Positions 18,221-27,701 of a DNA stretch of 64,000 nucleotides are shown one piece after another. A program made the translations under genes and the position numbers. The DNA comes from an uncultured archaeon (GTDB lineage Archaea; Asgardarchaeota; Thorarchaeia; Thorarchaeales; Thorarchaeaceae). The notes beneath the pieces were generated by a model that was given only the letters and a program-made list of their open reading frames with translations, was not told the origin of the DNA and made no database searches. Numbering within the stretch: the stretch's first letter is position 1; each line of letters begins with the position of its first letter. Where the stretch lies: NCBI GenBank assembly GCA_964558645.1, contig CAZLEV010000001.1, forward strand, positions 29,568 to 93,567, in the 5' to 3' direction.

Positions 18221-20737
18221 CTAGTCTTCTTTCTCTGCCTTTTCGATGATTGGAATGAGCCCCTTCCTCTTTAGGGGCGCCGAGATTCTATTCCTCGCCT
18301 TTTCATTCTCTTCTTTGATTCTGTCGATACCGATGTCTTCAAGCCTCTGATTGAGTTCTTTCATTGTTCTTGCAAAGATAAGTCCCTCAGCTGCGGAGAT
18401 CTCCTTCCATAGGAATCTCTCGGAGCTGATACCCGCTCCCTCAAGCACCTTATGATAACGCTGGAACCTCTCATACGCAATAATATTCCCGCTGATATAG
18501 TGACAGTCTGTGGGCCTATGGCATGCACCCACCATGACTGCGCCAGCCCCCAGTCTGAAGGCCTCAGCGACAAAGTCAGTGTCCACTCGGCCTGAGCACA
18601 TGACCCTGATGATGCGTGAATTGGGAGGATAGGTGAACCGACTTGTTCCTGCGAGATCGGACCCTCCATAACAGCACCAATTGCAGGCAAAGACTAGGAT
18701 CTTCTCCTCGGGCTTGTCCTCTAGTGCTGCCCTGATCTGCGAAAAAATCATGGGGTCAGTGAAGTGCATCTGCTCGATAGCATCGTGGGGACAAGACGCA
18801 ACACACGTACCGCAGCCATGACAATTGGCTACGTTGATAACGGCCGCCTTACCGTCGACTGCCGTAATGGCCACGTAGGGGCATTTGTCGACACAGATGC
18901 CACAGTCCCGCTCAAGATTCTTGCATTTCTCAGGATCTACAACGGCGACGATGGGTTCAATCTCTACAGTGTCTTTCGACAGAATAGTGGCAGCGCGAGA
19001 AGCTGCACCGCTGCCAGCTGATACTGAGTATGGTATGTCCTTGAGACCCTGACAGGCCCCAGACAGGGTGATCCCATCAACAGGTGTATCGAGGGGCTTG
19101 AGCTTGGGGTGTGCCTCCATGAAGAATCCGTCGGCGCTTCTGGTGATGTGGAGCTTCCCGCCGAGGTCTCCAGTCCCAAAGCTTGGTTCGCCAGCAGTAG
19201 CTAGGATTAGCAGGTCAACCTCAACCTCAACCTCCCTTCCCAGGAGTACGTCTTCAGAACGTACAATGAGGTTCTTGGTCTCCGGATCTTCGATGACCTC
19301 ATATGGTCTGCCCTTTATGAAAGTGAAGCCCGCCTCTCTTCCTCTTGTGTAGAAGTCCTCGTATCCCTTCCCAGGAGTCCTGATGTCGATGTACCATATG
19401 AATATCTCAGTGTCTGGCTCGTGCTCCTTTATCAAGATTGAATTCTTCAAGGTGTACATGCAGCAGAAATTGGAGCAGTACTCGTATTTGTTGACATCAC
19501 GAGACCCCACGCATTGGATGAAGCCCACACGATGGGGGTGTTTTCCGTCAGACCTGCGAATGACTTCACCTCCCGTGGGCCCACCCGCACAGACGAGTCG
19601 CTCTACCTCAAGAGCGGTGACGACATTTTCAAATCTTCCATAACCATAGTACCCCTCTTGTGCCGCCTCAGACTCTCCTCCTCTGACAGGCTCGTACATC
19701 GAGTGATAGCCTGTAGCCACAGTGATAGTCCCCACCTCAACCTCGATCTCTTCGGGTTCCTGTTCGAAGTCGATGGCCTGGCGTTCGCCGCAGACATCAA
19801 CACATTTGTAACATTCGATGCAGTGATCGCGGTTTATCGTATACACGAGGGGGACTGCCTGCGGGAAGGGTACAGAGATGGCCTTTCTTGTTCCGAGATT
19901 CTGTTCCCACGCATTGGGATACTCGACTGGGCAGACCGCAGAGCACTCGCCACAGCCGGTGCAGTTGTCTTGGATGACGTAACGGGGATTCTTTCGAATT
20001 CTGACCTTGAAATTTCCAACGTATCCATCTACATGTACGATATCCGCAAAGGAGATGATTTCGATGTTGGGGTGTCGGCCCACCTCGACCATCTTCGGCC
20101 CCTCTATACAGATTGAACAGTCTAGTGTGGGGAAGGTCTTGTCGAGCTGAGCCATGTGGCCGCCAATGCTCTCGTCACGTTCGACAAGATATGTCTTGTA
20201 TCCCATATTGGCAAGGTCAAGGGCAGCATGAATTCCGGAGACTCCTCCTCCGATTACCATGGCCTTGTCCGTCACAGGCACTTCGAATTTCTGCAGAGGC
20301 ACGGTGAGCACTGCCTTGACAACTGCCATCTTGATGATTTCTTTCGCCTTCTGCAGAGAGTCCGCGGTCTCCTCATGACACCATGAGCAGTGCTCTCTGA
20401 TATTGGCCATGATGAAGTTGAACGGGTTCATCCCTGCCTCGGAGACCGTGACCCTAAAGGTAGGTTCGTGCATCCGGGGTGAACATGCGGCGACCACGAC
20501 CTTGTCGAGCCTGTGGTCCTTTATCCCCTCACGAATCTCCTCTTGACCGGGATCAGCACATGTGTATCGGTTCTGTTTGACATAGACAACCGAGTCAAGC
20601 GCTTTGGCATATTCTTCCAACGCGTCGATGTCGAGAGTGCCGGCTATGTTGGAACCGCAGTGACAGATAAAGACACCAATTCGGGGTTTTTCTGCTACGA
20701 GTGTCACGTTATTCTGATCGGTCTTTGTGTCAGTCAA
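18221..20737 (-). CDS. hdrA: Heterodisulfide reductase subunit A fused to a C-terminal MvhD domain
   Basis: IGVFICHCG, ANIREHCSW, VIGGGVSG, DKTFPTLDCSIC and FIQCVGSRD..YCSNFCC are HdrA motifs. C-terminal FACNWCCYGG, RVMCSGRV and CHYISGN are MvhD motifs. Confidence 0.95.
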   Translation of the reverse strand: MTDTKTDQNNVTLVAEKPRIGVFICHCGSNIAGTLDIDALEEYAKALDSVVYVKQNRYTCADPGQEEIREGIKDHRLDKVVVAACSPRMHEPTFRVTVSEAGMNPFNFIMANIREHCSWCHEETADSLQKAKEIIKMAVVKAVLTVPLQKFEVPVTDKAMVIGGGVSGIHAALDLANMGYKTYLVERDESIGGHMAQLDKTFPTLDCSICIEGPKMVEVGRHPNIEIISFADIVHVDGYVGNFKVRIRKNPRYVIQDNCTGCGECSAVCPVEYPNAWEQNLGTRKAISVPFPQAVPLVYTINRDHCIECYKCVDVCGERQAIDFEQEPEEIEVEVGTITVATGYHSMYEPVRGGESEAAQEGYYGYGRFENVVTALEVERLVCAGGPTGGEVIRRSDGKHPHRVGFIQCVGSRDVNKYEYCSNFCCMYTLKNSILIKEHEPDTEIFIWYIDIRTPGKGYEDFYTRGREAGFTFIKGRPYEVIEDPETKNLIVRSEDVLLGREVEVEVDLLILATAGEPSFGTGDLGGKLHITRSADGFFMEAHPKLKPLDTPVDGITLSGACQGLKDIPYSVSAGSGAASRAATILSKDTVEIEPIVAVVDPEKCKNLERDCGICVDKCPYVAITAVDGKAAVINVANCHGCGTCVASCPHDAIEQMHFTDPMIFSQIRAALEDKPEEKILVFACNWCCYGGSDLAGTSRFTYPPNSRIIRVMCSGRVDTDFVAEAFRLGAGAVMVGACHRPTDCHYISGNIIAYERFQRYHKVLEGAGISSERFLWKEISAAEGLIFARTMKELNQRLEDIGIDRIKEENEKARNRISAPLKRKGLIPIIEKAEKED

Positions 20738-20743
20738 TGTTGA

Positions 20744-21610
20744 TCACTTTCCTCCACCCATGTTTCGTCGTTTCATGGCCTCGGCAACCTTACTTGTTCT
20801 TTTTGTCCGAAGTTCACGGTCGAAGGCATCAGAGGTTGCCAGTTTCTCTAAAGCTTTGTTCCACGCTCCAGACTTGACAGGAGTATGTCGAACTGATGTC
20901 CGTGTAACAATCAGCGCCTCCTCCGGCTTTGGACAGACTTGGACGCATGCCTCGCAGTAGACGCAGTACCTTCCTAGGGGGTACACCTTCCCGTCCTCAC
21001 TTAGTTCGAGCGCCTCTACGGGACACACATCTAGGCAGCTCTTACAGCCTTCAGGACACTCTTCCTGATTGATGGTGATGGAGCCAAAGAAGATCGGACG
21101 AACTAGAATCGCACCTTCTGTCCTGTCTTCACAGTGTCTGCAACAGGGACATGATCTCTCATCGATGACTAGTTTTCCGTCTTCTGCTGAGATGAGATTC
21201 AACGGGCATAACTCGTCTGCCCTTTCCAGATAGGGAGCTATCTTCTCTTCATTGACTCTGATGTCGCGAACGTACTGAGGGAAACTCTCGGTTTCGTGGA
21301 CACACACGACTGGCTCACCATTGACAGTATGTTGGATTGCCCAGAATGGACACATGGCCTCGCACATACCGCAGTGATCGCAGAGATGCTCGTCAATATC
21401 AAGAATCGATCTCTGCGCAACCTCTTCCCCGTCTACTATTGTCTTCTCTCGGTCAACGAGAGAAATCGCGCCTGTATGACACACCGTTTCACAAACGCCA
21501 CATCCTCTACACTTCTCTCTGTCCACGATGAGCAGGAAGCGTTTTGTGTAGAGGCCCCGTTCGATGACCAATGCGTTGTCGGTTTCTGTCTTTTTCAGTC
21601 GTAGTGGCAA
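20744..21610 (-). CDS. Polyferredoxin (FwdF/MvhB-like)
   Basis: Multiple ferredoxin motifs (CRGCGVCETVC, CDHCGMCEAMCP, CPEGCKSCLDVCP, CVYCEACVQVCP). Ends 6 bp before hdrA. Confidence 0.85.
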   Translation of the reverse strand: MPLRLKKTETDNALVIERGLYTKRFLLIVDREKCRGCGVCETVCHTGAISLVDREKTIVDGEEVAQRSILDIDEHLCDHCGMCEAMCPFWAIQHTVNGEPVVCVHETESFPQYVRDIRVNEEKIAPYLERADELCPLNLISAEDGKLVIDERSCPCCRHCEDRTEGAILVRPIFFGSITINQEECPEGCKSCLDVCPVEALELSEDGKVYPLGRYCVYCEACVQVCPKPEEALIVTRTSVRHTPVKSGAWNKALEKLATSDAFDRELRTKRTSKVAEAMKRRNMGGGK

Positions 21611-21927
21611 ATGTCTATCCTTCCTCTATCGGCTTGCTGTATTGTGACCGAGATGCGTTTCGCAATATTGTACATATTAAATCTGTTTTGCAATGAGACA
21701 AAAAAGTGGTGGGAATCTCATGCTTGGATACACCACCGCTATGTTCCTAGATTCAGGGTAAGCCCTGTTAGTTTCGCGCATCTGTGTCTTCTCCTTGGAT
21801 GTCATCATATGGGCCGTCTTGAGTTACACAACCCGGTCCTGAGTGGGCAAGCTTCGATACTTTTATCACCGGTTCGTTCTTGCCTGACACGAATATATGC
21901 ATCTCGAACTGGCTGAGAGTGGATAAC

Positions 21928-23835
21928 GTGAAAGGATACGCGAACAATATCTTATACATCAACCTGAGCACTGGAAAAACAAAGACCGAACCGCTCGGGG
22001 AGGAGATGGCCAGAGACTTCCTTGGTGGTGCCGGATTCGGTATCAAGATGATTACTGATCATCAGCGGCCCGGCACAGATGCCTTTGACCCTGAGAATCC
22101 GATAGTGTACTCCTGTGGTACTTTCTGTGGAATGATGGTGCCCGGGAGCGCCAGCAAGTGGGGTGTCGCGGCAAAATCGCCCCAATCACAGGGACTTGGA
22201 GAGGCTTATTCAACTGGATTCTTTGGCTCAGAACTGCGGAGAGCTGGATATGATATCGTCATGGTGACTGGAAAGGCCGAGCGGCCGTCATATCTCTACT
22301 TGGAAGATGACAGTGTCCAGATCCTAGACGCCGGCCATCTGTGGGGTAAGAGCAACTGGGACACGGAGGACATAATCAAGTCAGACTTGGGAGATCCTGG
22401 GGTGAGAGTAGCCTCGATCGGTCCGGCAGGAGAGAACCTTGTCCGCTTTTCAGCCATCATTAATGATCGACTCAGGGCAGCCGGGCGTACCGGAATGGGT
22501 GCGGTCATGGGATCCAAGAACCTCAAGGCTGTCGCAGTGAGAGGCTTCAATGATGTTGAAGTCGCCGATGTTGACGGCTTCAAAGAGATGGCATTTGAGA
22601 TCTATGAGAAGGCAAAGGGACCCGCCACAGAGAAGTACCGGATTCTTGGTACTGCAGCTAACGTTCTCACACTGAATAAACAGGCTGCAATGCCCACGAG
22701 AAACTGGCAAGATGCAGTATTCGAGAAAGCCGATAAGATAAGTGGAGAGGCTCTGAATGAAATGCATGTTGAGAAGATACAGGGCTGCGATAGCTGTGGA
22801 ATGCGTTGCGAGCATGTTGCTATGGTAAGAGAGGGCCCATTCAAAGGGGCAATCGGTCGCATAGAGTATGAGCCGACCTATGCATTTGGTTCGTGTACAG
22901 GTGTTGACAGACCAGACGCCATCGTTCGGGCTGTACAGCTCTCCGACCTCTATGGCACAGATGCTCTATCAACAGGTGTTGTTATTGCATTTGCTATGGA
23001 GGCCTACGAGAAGGGAATCATCACCAAGAAGGACACAGGTGGTATAGAGCTCGAGTTCGGCAACGCCGAGGGTATGTGTGACATGATAGAGAAGATTGCC
23101 CTCAGAGAAGACATAGGGGATCTCTTGGCTGAAGGTGTGGAACGCGCAGCAGCGAAGCTGGGGAAGGGGTCAGAGAAGTTCGCCATGCACATCAAGGGTG
23201 TGGAGATGACAGGTTATGATGTGCGGGGCCTCAAGACCTGCGCTCTAGGTTATGCTGTGTCCCGCAGAGGGGCCGACCATCAACGACATGGTGCCTACGG
23301 GCCCGATCTGAAGGGTCAGGTTGACCGTTTCAAGGCTGAGAAAGGAAGGGGTCAGCTTGTCATAGATGGAGAGGACCTCTATAGCGTCATGGACTCCCTC
23401 ATCATTTGCAAGTTCTCCAGAGGAATATGGGACTACGAGAGTTATGCCAAGATGTACAGTCTGGCCACCGGGATTCCAATGACTGCAGAGGAGATGCGTC
23501 GCTGTGGCGAGAGAATCAGCAACTTGGGCAAGATCTACAACCTCCGGGAGGGCATTGGTCGCGAGAGGGACACACTGCCTATCCGATGCATGACTGATCC
23601 AATCAAGTCGGGCGTTGCAAAGGGTTCACTCGTTACTCAGGAGGAACTAGACCTTCTTCTTGACGACTATTATGAAACACGAGGTTGGTCAAGAGAGGGC
23701 ATTCCATCTGGCGCCAAGCTCAAGGAGTTAGGGCTTGAGAGTTATGCCGGGTACCTTAAAGACCTGAAGAAGACTGAACCTAAGAAGAAGAGTGGGAAGA
23801 AGAAGACCACGAAGAAGAAGACGAAGAAGGATTGA
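21928..23835 (+). CDS. aor: Tungsten-dependent aldehyde:ferredoxin oxidoreductase (AOR family)
   Basis: KSP, IGPAGENLV, GRTGMGAVMGSKNLKA, CDSCGMRC, EYE and DSLIICKF motifs. Likely GTG start at 21928. Confidence 0.93.
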   Translation: MKGYANNILYINLSTGKTKTEPLGEEMARDFLGGAGFGIKMITDHQRPGTDAFDPENPIVYSCGTFCGMMVPGSASKWGVAAKSPQSQGLGEAYSTGFFGSELRRAGYDIVMVTGKAERPSYLYLEDDSVQILDAGHLWGKSNWDTEDIIKSDLGDPGVRVASIGPAGENLVRFSAIINDRLRAAGRTGMGAVMGSKNLKAVAVRGFNDVEVADVDGFKEMAFEIYEKAKGPATEKYRILGTAANVLTLNKQAAMPTRNWQDAVFEKADKISGEALNEMHVEKIQGCDSCGMRCEHVAMVREGPFKGAIGRIEYEPTYAFGSCTGVDRPDAIVRAVQLSDLYGTDALSTGVVIAFAMEAYEKGIITKKDTGGIELEFGNAEGMCDMIEKIALREDIGDLLAEGVERAAAKLGKGSEKFAMHIKGVEMTGYDVRGLKTCALGYAVSRRGADHQRHGAYGPDLKGQVDRFKAEKGRGQLVIDGEDLYSVMDSLIICKFSRGIWDYESYAKMYSLATGIPMTAEEMRRCGERISNLGKIYNLREGIGRERDTLPIRCMTDPIKSGVAKGSLVTQEELDLLLDDYYETRGWSREGIPSGAKLKELGLESYAGYLKDLKKTEPKKKSGKKKTTKKKTKKD

Positions 23836-23848
23836 AGGAGGTAACAGA

Positions 23849-24340
23849 ATGGCGAAAGTACACAAGTTTGTGAGTTGTGATCCAGATCTCTGCACTGGTT
23901 GTACTGTCTGTGAGTACGCGTGCTCGCTTGAGAAAGATGGGGTCTTCAATCCCATCAGGTCTCGGATTAGGGCGGTTCGTGTCTATCCGAGCGGTAATCT
24001 CGCGATAGCTTGCATAATGTGCGAAGATGCCCCGTGTGTCATCGCTTGCCCGAGAGATGCTCTGCAACAGAGCGAGAAAGACGGTCATATTATCGTCGAC
24101 GAAGACAAGTGCAATGGATGTGGTTGGTGCGTTGAAGCTTGTGATTTTGGTGCAATCACAGTGGGTCCTGACAGAAACGCTATCGTCTGTGACCTTTGTG
24201 ACGGCGAGCCAAAATGCATAGAAGTCTGTCCAGTAGAGGCTCTCTCGTTGCAGAGCCGCGAAACCACGGCACGGAAGTCTCGAATATCTGCAACGACTGC
24301 ACGAATTTTGGCAGCTGAAGCCTCAGAGGCCGAGAAATAG
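23849..24340 (+). CDS. 4x[4Fe-4S] ferredoxin-like subunit (DmsB/AorA-type) partnered with AOR
   Basis: CTGCTVCEYAC, CIMCEDAPCVIACP, CNGCGWCVEAC and CDLCDGEPKCIEVCP. ATG at 23849 after GGAGGT. Confidence 0.9.
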   Translation: MAKVHKFVSCDPDLCTGCTVCEYACSLEKDGVFNPIRSRIRAVRVYPSGNLAIACIMCEDAPCVIACPRDALQQSEKDGHIIVDEDKCNGCGWCVEACDFGAITVGPDRNAIVCDLCDGEPKCIEVCPVEALSLQSRETTARKSRISATTARILAAEASEAEK

Positions 24341-24357
24341 AACAAGTATGACAGAGC

Positions 24358-24879
24358 CTAGGCTCTGTCTCTCTCTTCTCTCATTTTCGCGGTCATGTTC
24401 TTGACCAAGCTCTTTACCTTCGCCTCTTCACCATGAACTATGACTGTATCAGGGTCTTCCTCTTTGATTGAGAGGCCCAAGTTTGAGGCCATTTCCTTTA
24501 TCTCCTCCCCTCTGATTACCTCTCCTAATGTAAGGCGGATCCAGTAGTCTGCTCGCGGAACCCCCGGAGAGAACGGTTTGGCCCGCGATACTTCAGGCTC
24601 GGACTCTCTGGCCTTCTTGATTCTGGCTATCCAGTTGTCCGCATAGTCTGGACCCACTCTGTTCTCAGCAAGATAGACTAGTTGTCCCTCTAGGTTGTTC
24701 AGCTGCTCTTCTACCATCTTCATGGTGTCTTCATAGGTAGGATCTGCCTTCAGGATGTTGATATTCCCATGGACGGCCTTCAGTTTCGTCAAGAAGTCTG
24801 CAGGTATCTCGACATCTCTTTCCTTGAGATTGCCAAGCAATTCCTCCAGGACTCTCCAGATTGCGTAGTAGTTCCACAT
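24358..24879 (-). CDS. Conserved archaeal protein (DUF2096-like) downstream of hdrB
   Basis: WRVLEELLGNLKERDVEIP...E..L...AE...G..YAD.W resembles DUF2096. Co-oriented and 12 bp from hdrB. Confidence 0.6.
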   Translation of the reverse strand: MWNYYAIWRVLEELLGNLKERDVEIPADFLTKLKAVHGNINILKADPTYEDTMKMVEEQLNNLEGQLVYLAENRVGPDYADNWIARIKKARESEPEVSRAKPFSPGVPRADYWIRLTLGEVIRGEEIKEMASNLGLSIKEEDPDTVIVHGEEAKVKSLVKNMTAKMREERDRA

Positions 24880-24891
24880 AGTCTGAGCCCC

Positions 24892-25842
24892 CTAGATGCC
24901 CTCTTCTCCGCCTTCCTGCAGTTTCTTCAAGAGAGCTTCGGGTTTGACTTTCAGGCTGTCCAGTCCGAGCTCCTCTGGCGGGATGCCTAGGGCAAGCCCG
25001 AGTAATTGTGGATAGTGCAAGACTGGAATGCCGAATTCTTCACCGTACTTCTTCTCAGCCATTGCCTGATTTCCGTCGTACTGCAGATGGCATGATGGAC
25101 AGACTGTTACAAGTGCGTCCGCTCCTGCATTTTTCACATTGTGTAGTTTCCTTCCAACGAGTTCACTGGGAATGTCCGTATTGACTGTGATTATCATAGC
25201 TCCGCAGCAGTCTCGCTCGCCTTCGTATCTGACCAGCTTGGCCCCGGTGAGTTCAATCAGTTCATTCAGAAAACGGGGATTGCCTGGATCATCGAATTCG
25301 AGATACTTGCCGGGCATGAGCACGTGGCAGCCGTAGTGTCCTGCAATCTTGAGGTTCTTCAGAGGGCGCTTGATTCGTTTCCTGATATTATTCAGGCCAA
25401 AATCCTCGACGAGAGCGCGAACAAGATGTTTGACCTCGATGTTGCCCTCGAACTTCCGTCCAATTTCGGCAAGCTCGGTGTTAACGTGCTCCCGGGTTCC
25501 TCTGTTTTCCTTCAGGCTGATGTTTGCTTTTGCGAGCGCTCCTGTGCAACCAGTGCAGATTGCAAGAACATCATGCCCCATCTCTTCAGCAATCGTCAAG
25601 TTCCTGGCGGCAAGTGCCAATGAAGACTCATGACTCACCATATCCACAGGGAGGCCACAGCAACTAGCCCCTTTCATCTCAAGAAGCTCAATCCCGAGTT
25701 CTTTGCAAACTCGTCTCGTGGCGAGCTCATAATCTGCTTCTCTATTGGGTATGACACATCCAAGGAAAAAGCTGTATCTGACAGGCTCGGTATGCTCCTC
25801 TACTTCTGGAATCGAGATGTCTTTTGGTTCTGTACTGCTCAT
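24892..25842 (-). CDS. hdrB: Heterodisulfide reductase subunit B
   Basis: FFLGCVIP, SCCG, HYGCH, DCCGA, CPSCHLQYD and PVLHYPQLLGLALG motifs. Confidence 0.95.
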   Translation of the reverse strand: MSSTEPKDISIPEVEEHTEPVRYSFFLGCVIPNREADYELATRRVCKELGIELLEMKGASCCGLPVDMVSHESSLALAARNLTIAEEMGHDVLAICTGCTGALAKANISLKENRGTREHVNTELAEIGRKFEGNIEVKHLVRALVEDFGLNNIRKRIKRPLKNLKIAGHYGCHVLMPGKYLEFDDPGNPRFLNELIELTGAKLVRYEGERDCCGAMIITVNTDIPSELVGRKLHNVKNAGADALVTVCPSCHLQYDGNQAMAEKKYGEEFGIPVLHYPQLLGLALGIPPEELGLDSLKVKPEALLKKLQEGGEEGI

Positions 25843-26405
25843 TCTTCTTCCTCCACTTCCTCAGCTTCAGCAATTATATCAAGCCCTGTGACCTTCATGA
25901 GTTTTTCAATCTCGTCCTGATCCGTGTCTTGAATCGGTGGGAGGCCCTGTTTCTCTCTCTTCTTCAGCTTGAAGCTACTGACCTTTTGAGCCCATCCCGT
26001 TTTCACGATATTCTCAGCAATCTTCTGGTAGCCCTTTGGCACGTAGCCTTTCTTCACAGCCAGATTTTGAAGCACTCTGATGATGTCTTTTGGGGTGACC
26101 CCTTGTGGGCACACCTCCGTACAGGAATAACACGTACTACAGAACCATAGCTCGGGACTGGAGAGAAGGTCTTCAACTAAGCCGAGCTGAGCCATCCGAA
26201 TGATCTTTCGAGGGCCCTGGTATTCATCACTGTGTTCTGCGATGATGCATCCTGCAGTACATGTACCACACTGGAAACACAGCTTCAGGCTTTCGCCACC
26301 CGGTTCTCTCAACACCTCATGCTTGAACTCAGGATCTACAATAGCCGGCCTTCGACGCGATGCAGGTTCTTTCCTTTCTGTTGCTTCTTCTGTCATGTAT
26401 TTCAC
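25839..26405 (-). CDS. hdrC: Heterodisulfide reductase subunit C
   Basis: CFQCGTCTAGC and WFCSTCYSCTEVCP. Overlaps hdrB by 4 bp; alternative ATG at 26396. Confidence 0.93.
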   Translation of the reverse strand: MKYMTEEATERKEPASRRRPAIVDPEFKHEVLREPGGESLKLCFQCGTCTAGCIIAEHSDEYQGPRKIIRMAQLGLVEDLLSSPELWFCSTCYSCTEVCPQGVTPKDIIRVLQNLAVKKGYVPKGYQKIAENIVKTGWAQKVSSFKLKKREKQGLPPIQDTDQDEIEKLMKVTGLDIIAEAEEVEEEE

Positions 26406-26598
26406 TCACGGCTGTTTCTGCAAGATGACTTCTGTTTTCGAACTAGCAATCTGTATTAATATTTCCCAATGACGAATTCGAGCACATGGATAGACTACAG
26501 TAATCTGATATGTTCATGTCTGAACATCTTTATCATCAAGCCAGGTCACGAGCTTTCCTGGTAAGTCTCGAAGTCCTTGATACTCAGCGGCAGGGTTG

Positions 26599-27072
26599 CT
26601 AGAGCTTGAGTCCCCAAAAGCCTGCTATTTGCTCTGCGTGTTGGCTTGATATGACGTCTTCTTCGCCTGCCTGCCCACCGAAAATCCCCTCGATCTTGCC
26701 CTTCTCATCGATGAGATACGTTATGCGTTTCACACCAAAACCGATGACGCTCAGTCTACTGTAAGCGTCATACATCTTAGCGATTTCAAGATTCTCATCC
26801 ACGAGTAGAGAAAACGGAAGGTTGTGTTTCTCTTTGAACTTCTGATGTGCGTTTGCATCTCCACCAGATATCCCAAACACAGGTATCCCGGCTTCCTGGA
26901 ATGTTCGGTAGTTGTCTCGGATAGAACAGGCTTCTGCAGTGCATCCGGGTGTTTCGTCCTTTGGGTAGAAATAGAGCACGAACTTGCTCCCTTTATGGTC
27001 TCTCAGTCTGAACGTATTGCCTGATTCGTCCACTGTCTCGAAGTCAGGCGCCCTATCTCCTATTTGAAGCAT
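26599..27072 (-). CDS. bcp: Peroxiredoxin, BCP/PrxQ family
   Basis: VLYFYPKDETPGCTAEAC and RITYLID motifs. Confidence 0.92.
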   Translation of the reverse strand: MLQIGDRAPDFETVDESGNTFRLRDHKGSKFVLYFYPKDETPGCTAEACSIRDNYRTFQEAGIPVFGISGGDANAHQKFKEKHNLPFSLLVDENLEIAKMYDAYSRLSVIGFGVKRITYLIDEKGKIEGIFGGQAGEEDVISSQHAEQIAGFWGLKL

Positions 27073-27117
27073 CTCTCACTTTCTCCTCTTGATAATAGAT
27101 CTTCGGTGTTGTTCTTC

Positions 27118-27609
27118 CTATAGTTTGAGTTCCCAGAAGCCTATCACTTGATCTGCGTGCTCCTTGGTCTTGACCTTTTCGATACCGTCGGGCCCGCCAA
27201 ATATGCCTTCAATCTTCCCATTTTCATCGATGAGGAACGTTGTGCGAATGATGCCCATGTACTCCTTGCCATACATCTTCTTCTTTCCCCACACGTCATA
27301 GAGCTCTGCAATCGCATTATTCTCATCCATCAGAAGCGGAAACGGGAGTTTGTTCTTGGACTTGAAACTCTGGTGTGTCTTCTCTGAACCAGGGCCGATT
27401 CCAAAGACTTGAATCTCATTTGATCGAAAGACATCATAGCTATCTCTCAGGGAACAGGACTCTGCCTGACATCCGGTTGTGTTATCTTTCACATACCAAT
27501 ACAGGACCACCTTCTCCCCTCTGTAGTCGCTTAGTCTGAATTCCTCACCAGACTCGGTTGTGGTTTCGAAGTCCGGTGCTTTGTCGCCAACTTTCAACAT
27601 AGTTATCAA
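27118..27609 (-). CDS. bcp: Peroxiredoxin, BCP/PrxQ family (tandem paralog)
   Basis: VLYWYVKDNTTGCQAESC, YGKEYMGIIRTTFLID. Confidence 0.9.
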   Translation of the reverse strand: MITMLKVGDKAPDFETTTESGEEFRLSDYRGEKVVLYWYVKDNTTGCQAESCSLRDSYDVFRSNEIQVFGIGPGSEKTHQSFKSKNKLPFPLLMDENNAIAELYDVWGKKKMYGKEYMGIIRTTFLIDENGKIEGIFGGPDGIEKVKTKEHADQVIGFWELKL

Positions 27610-27701
27610 AGGTGTGTATTAACAATGGTTAATAAACATTGTGTCATTCTAGCAATGCTTAAAGGAGTGGGCGAGCGGAACAGCAGGAAGGATGGGTCAC
27701 G

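Noticed and set aside
23792-23848. Poly-Arg N-terminus (MGRRRPRRRRRRR) on the ferredoxin as a Tat or targeting signal
   Set aside because: It is an alternative-frame read of the AOR poly-Lys codons. The real start is the ATG at 23849 with GGAGGT.
18221-26405. Evidence of methanogenesis
   Set aside because: HdrABC occurs widely in non-methanogens, and there are no mcr or mtr genes in the window.
18221-27609. Selenocysteine (in-frame TGA) in HdrA, MvhD or the peroxiredoxins
   Set aside because: All these ORFs are uninterrupted, with Cys at the usual Sec-prone positions.
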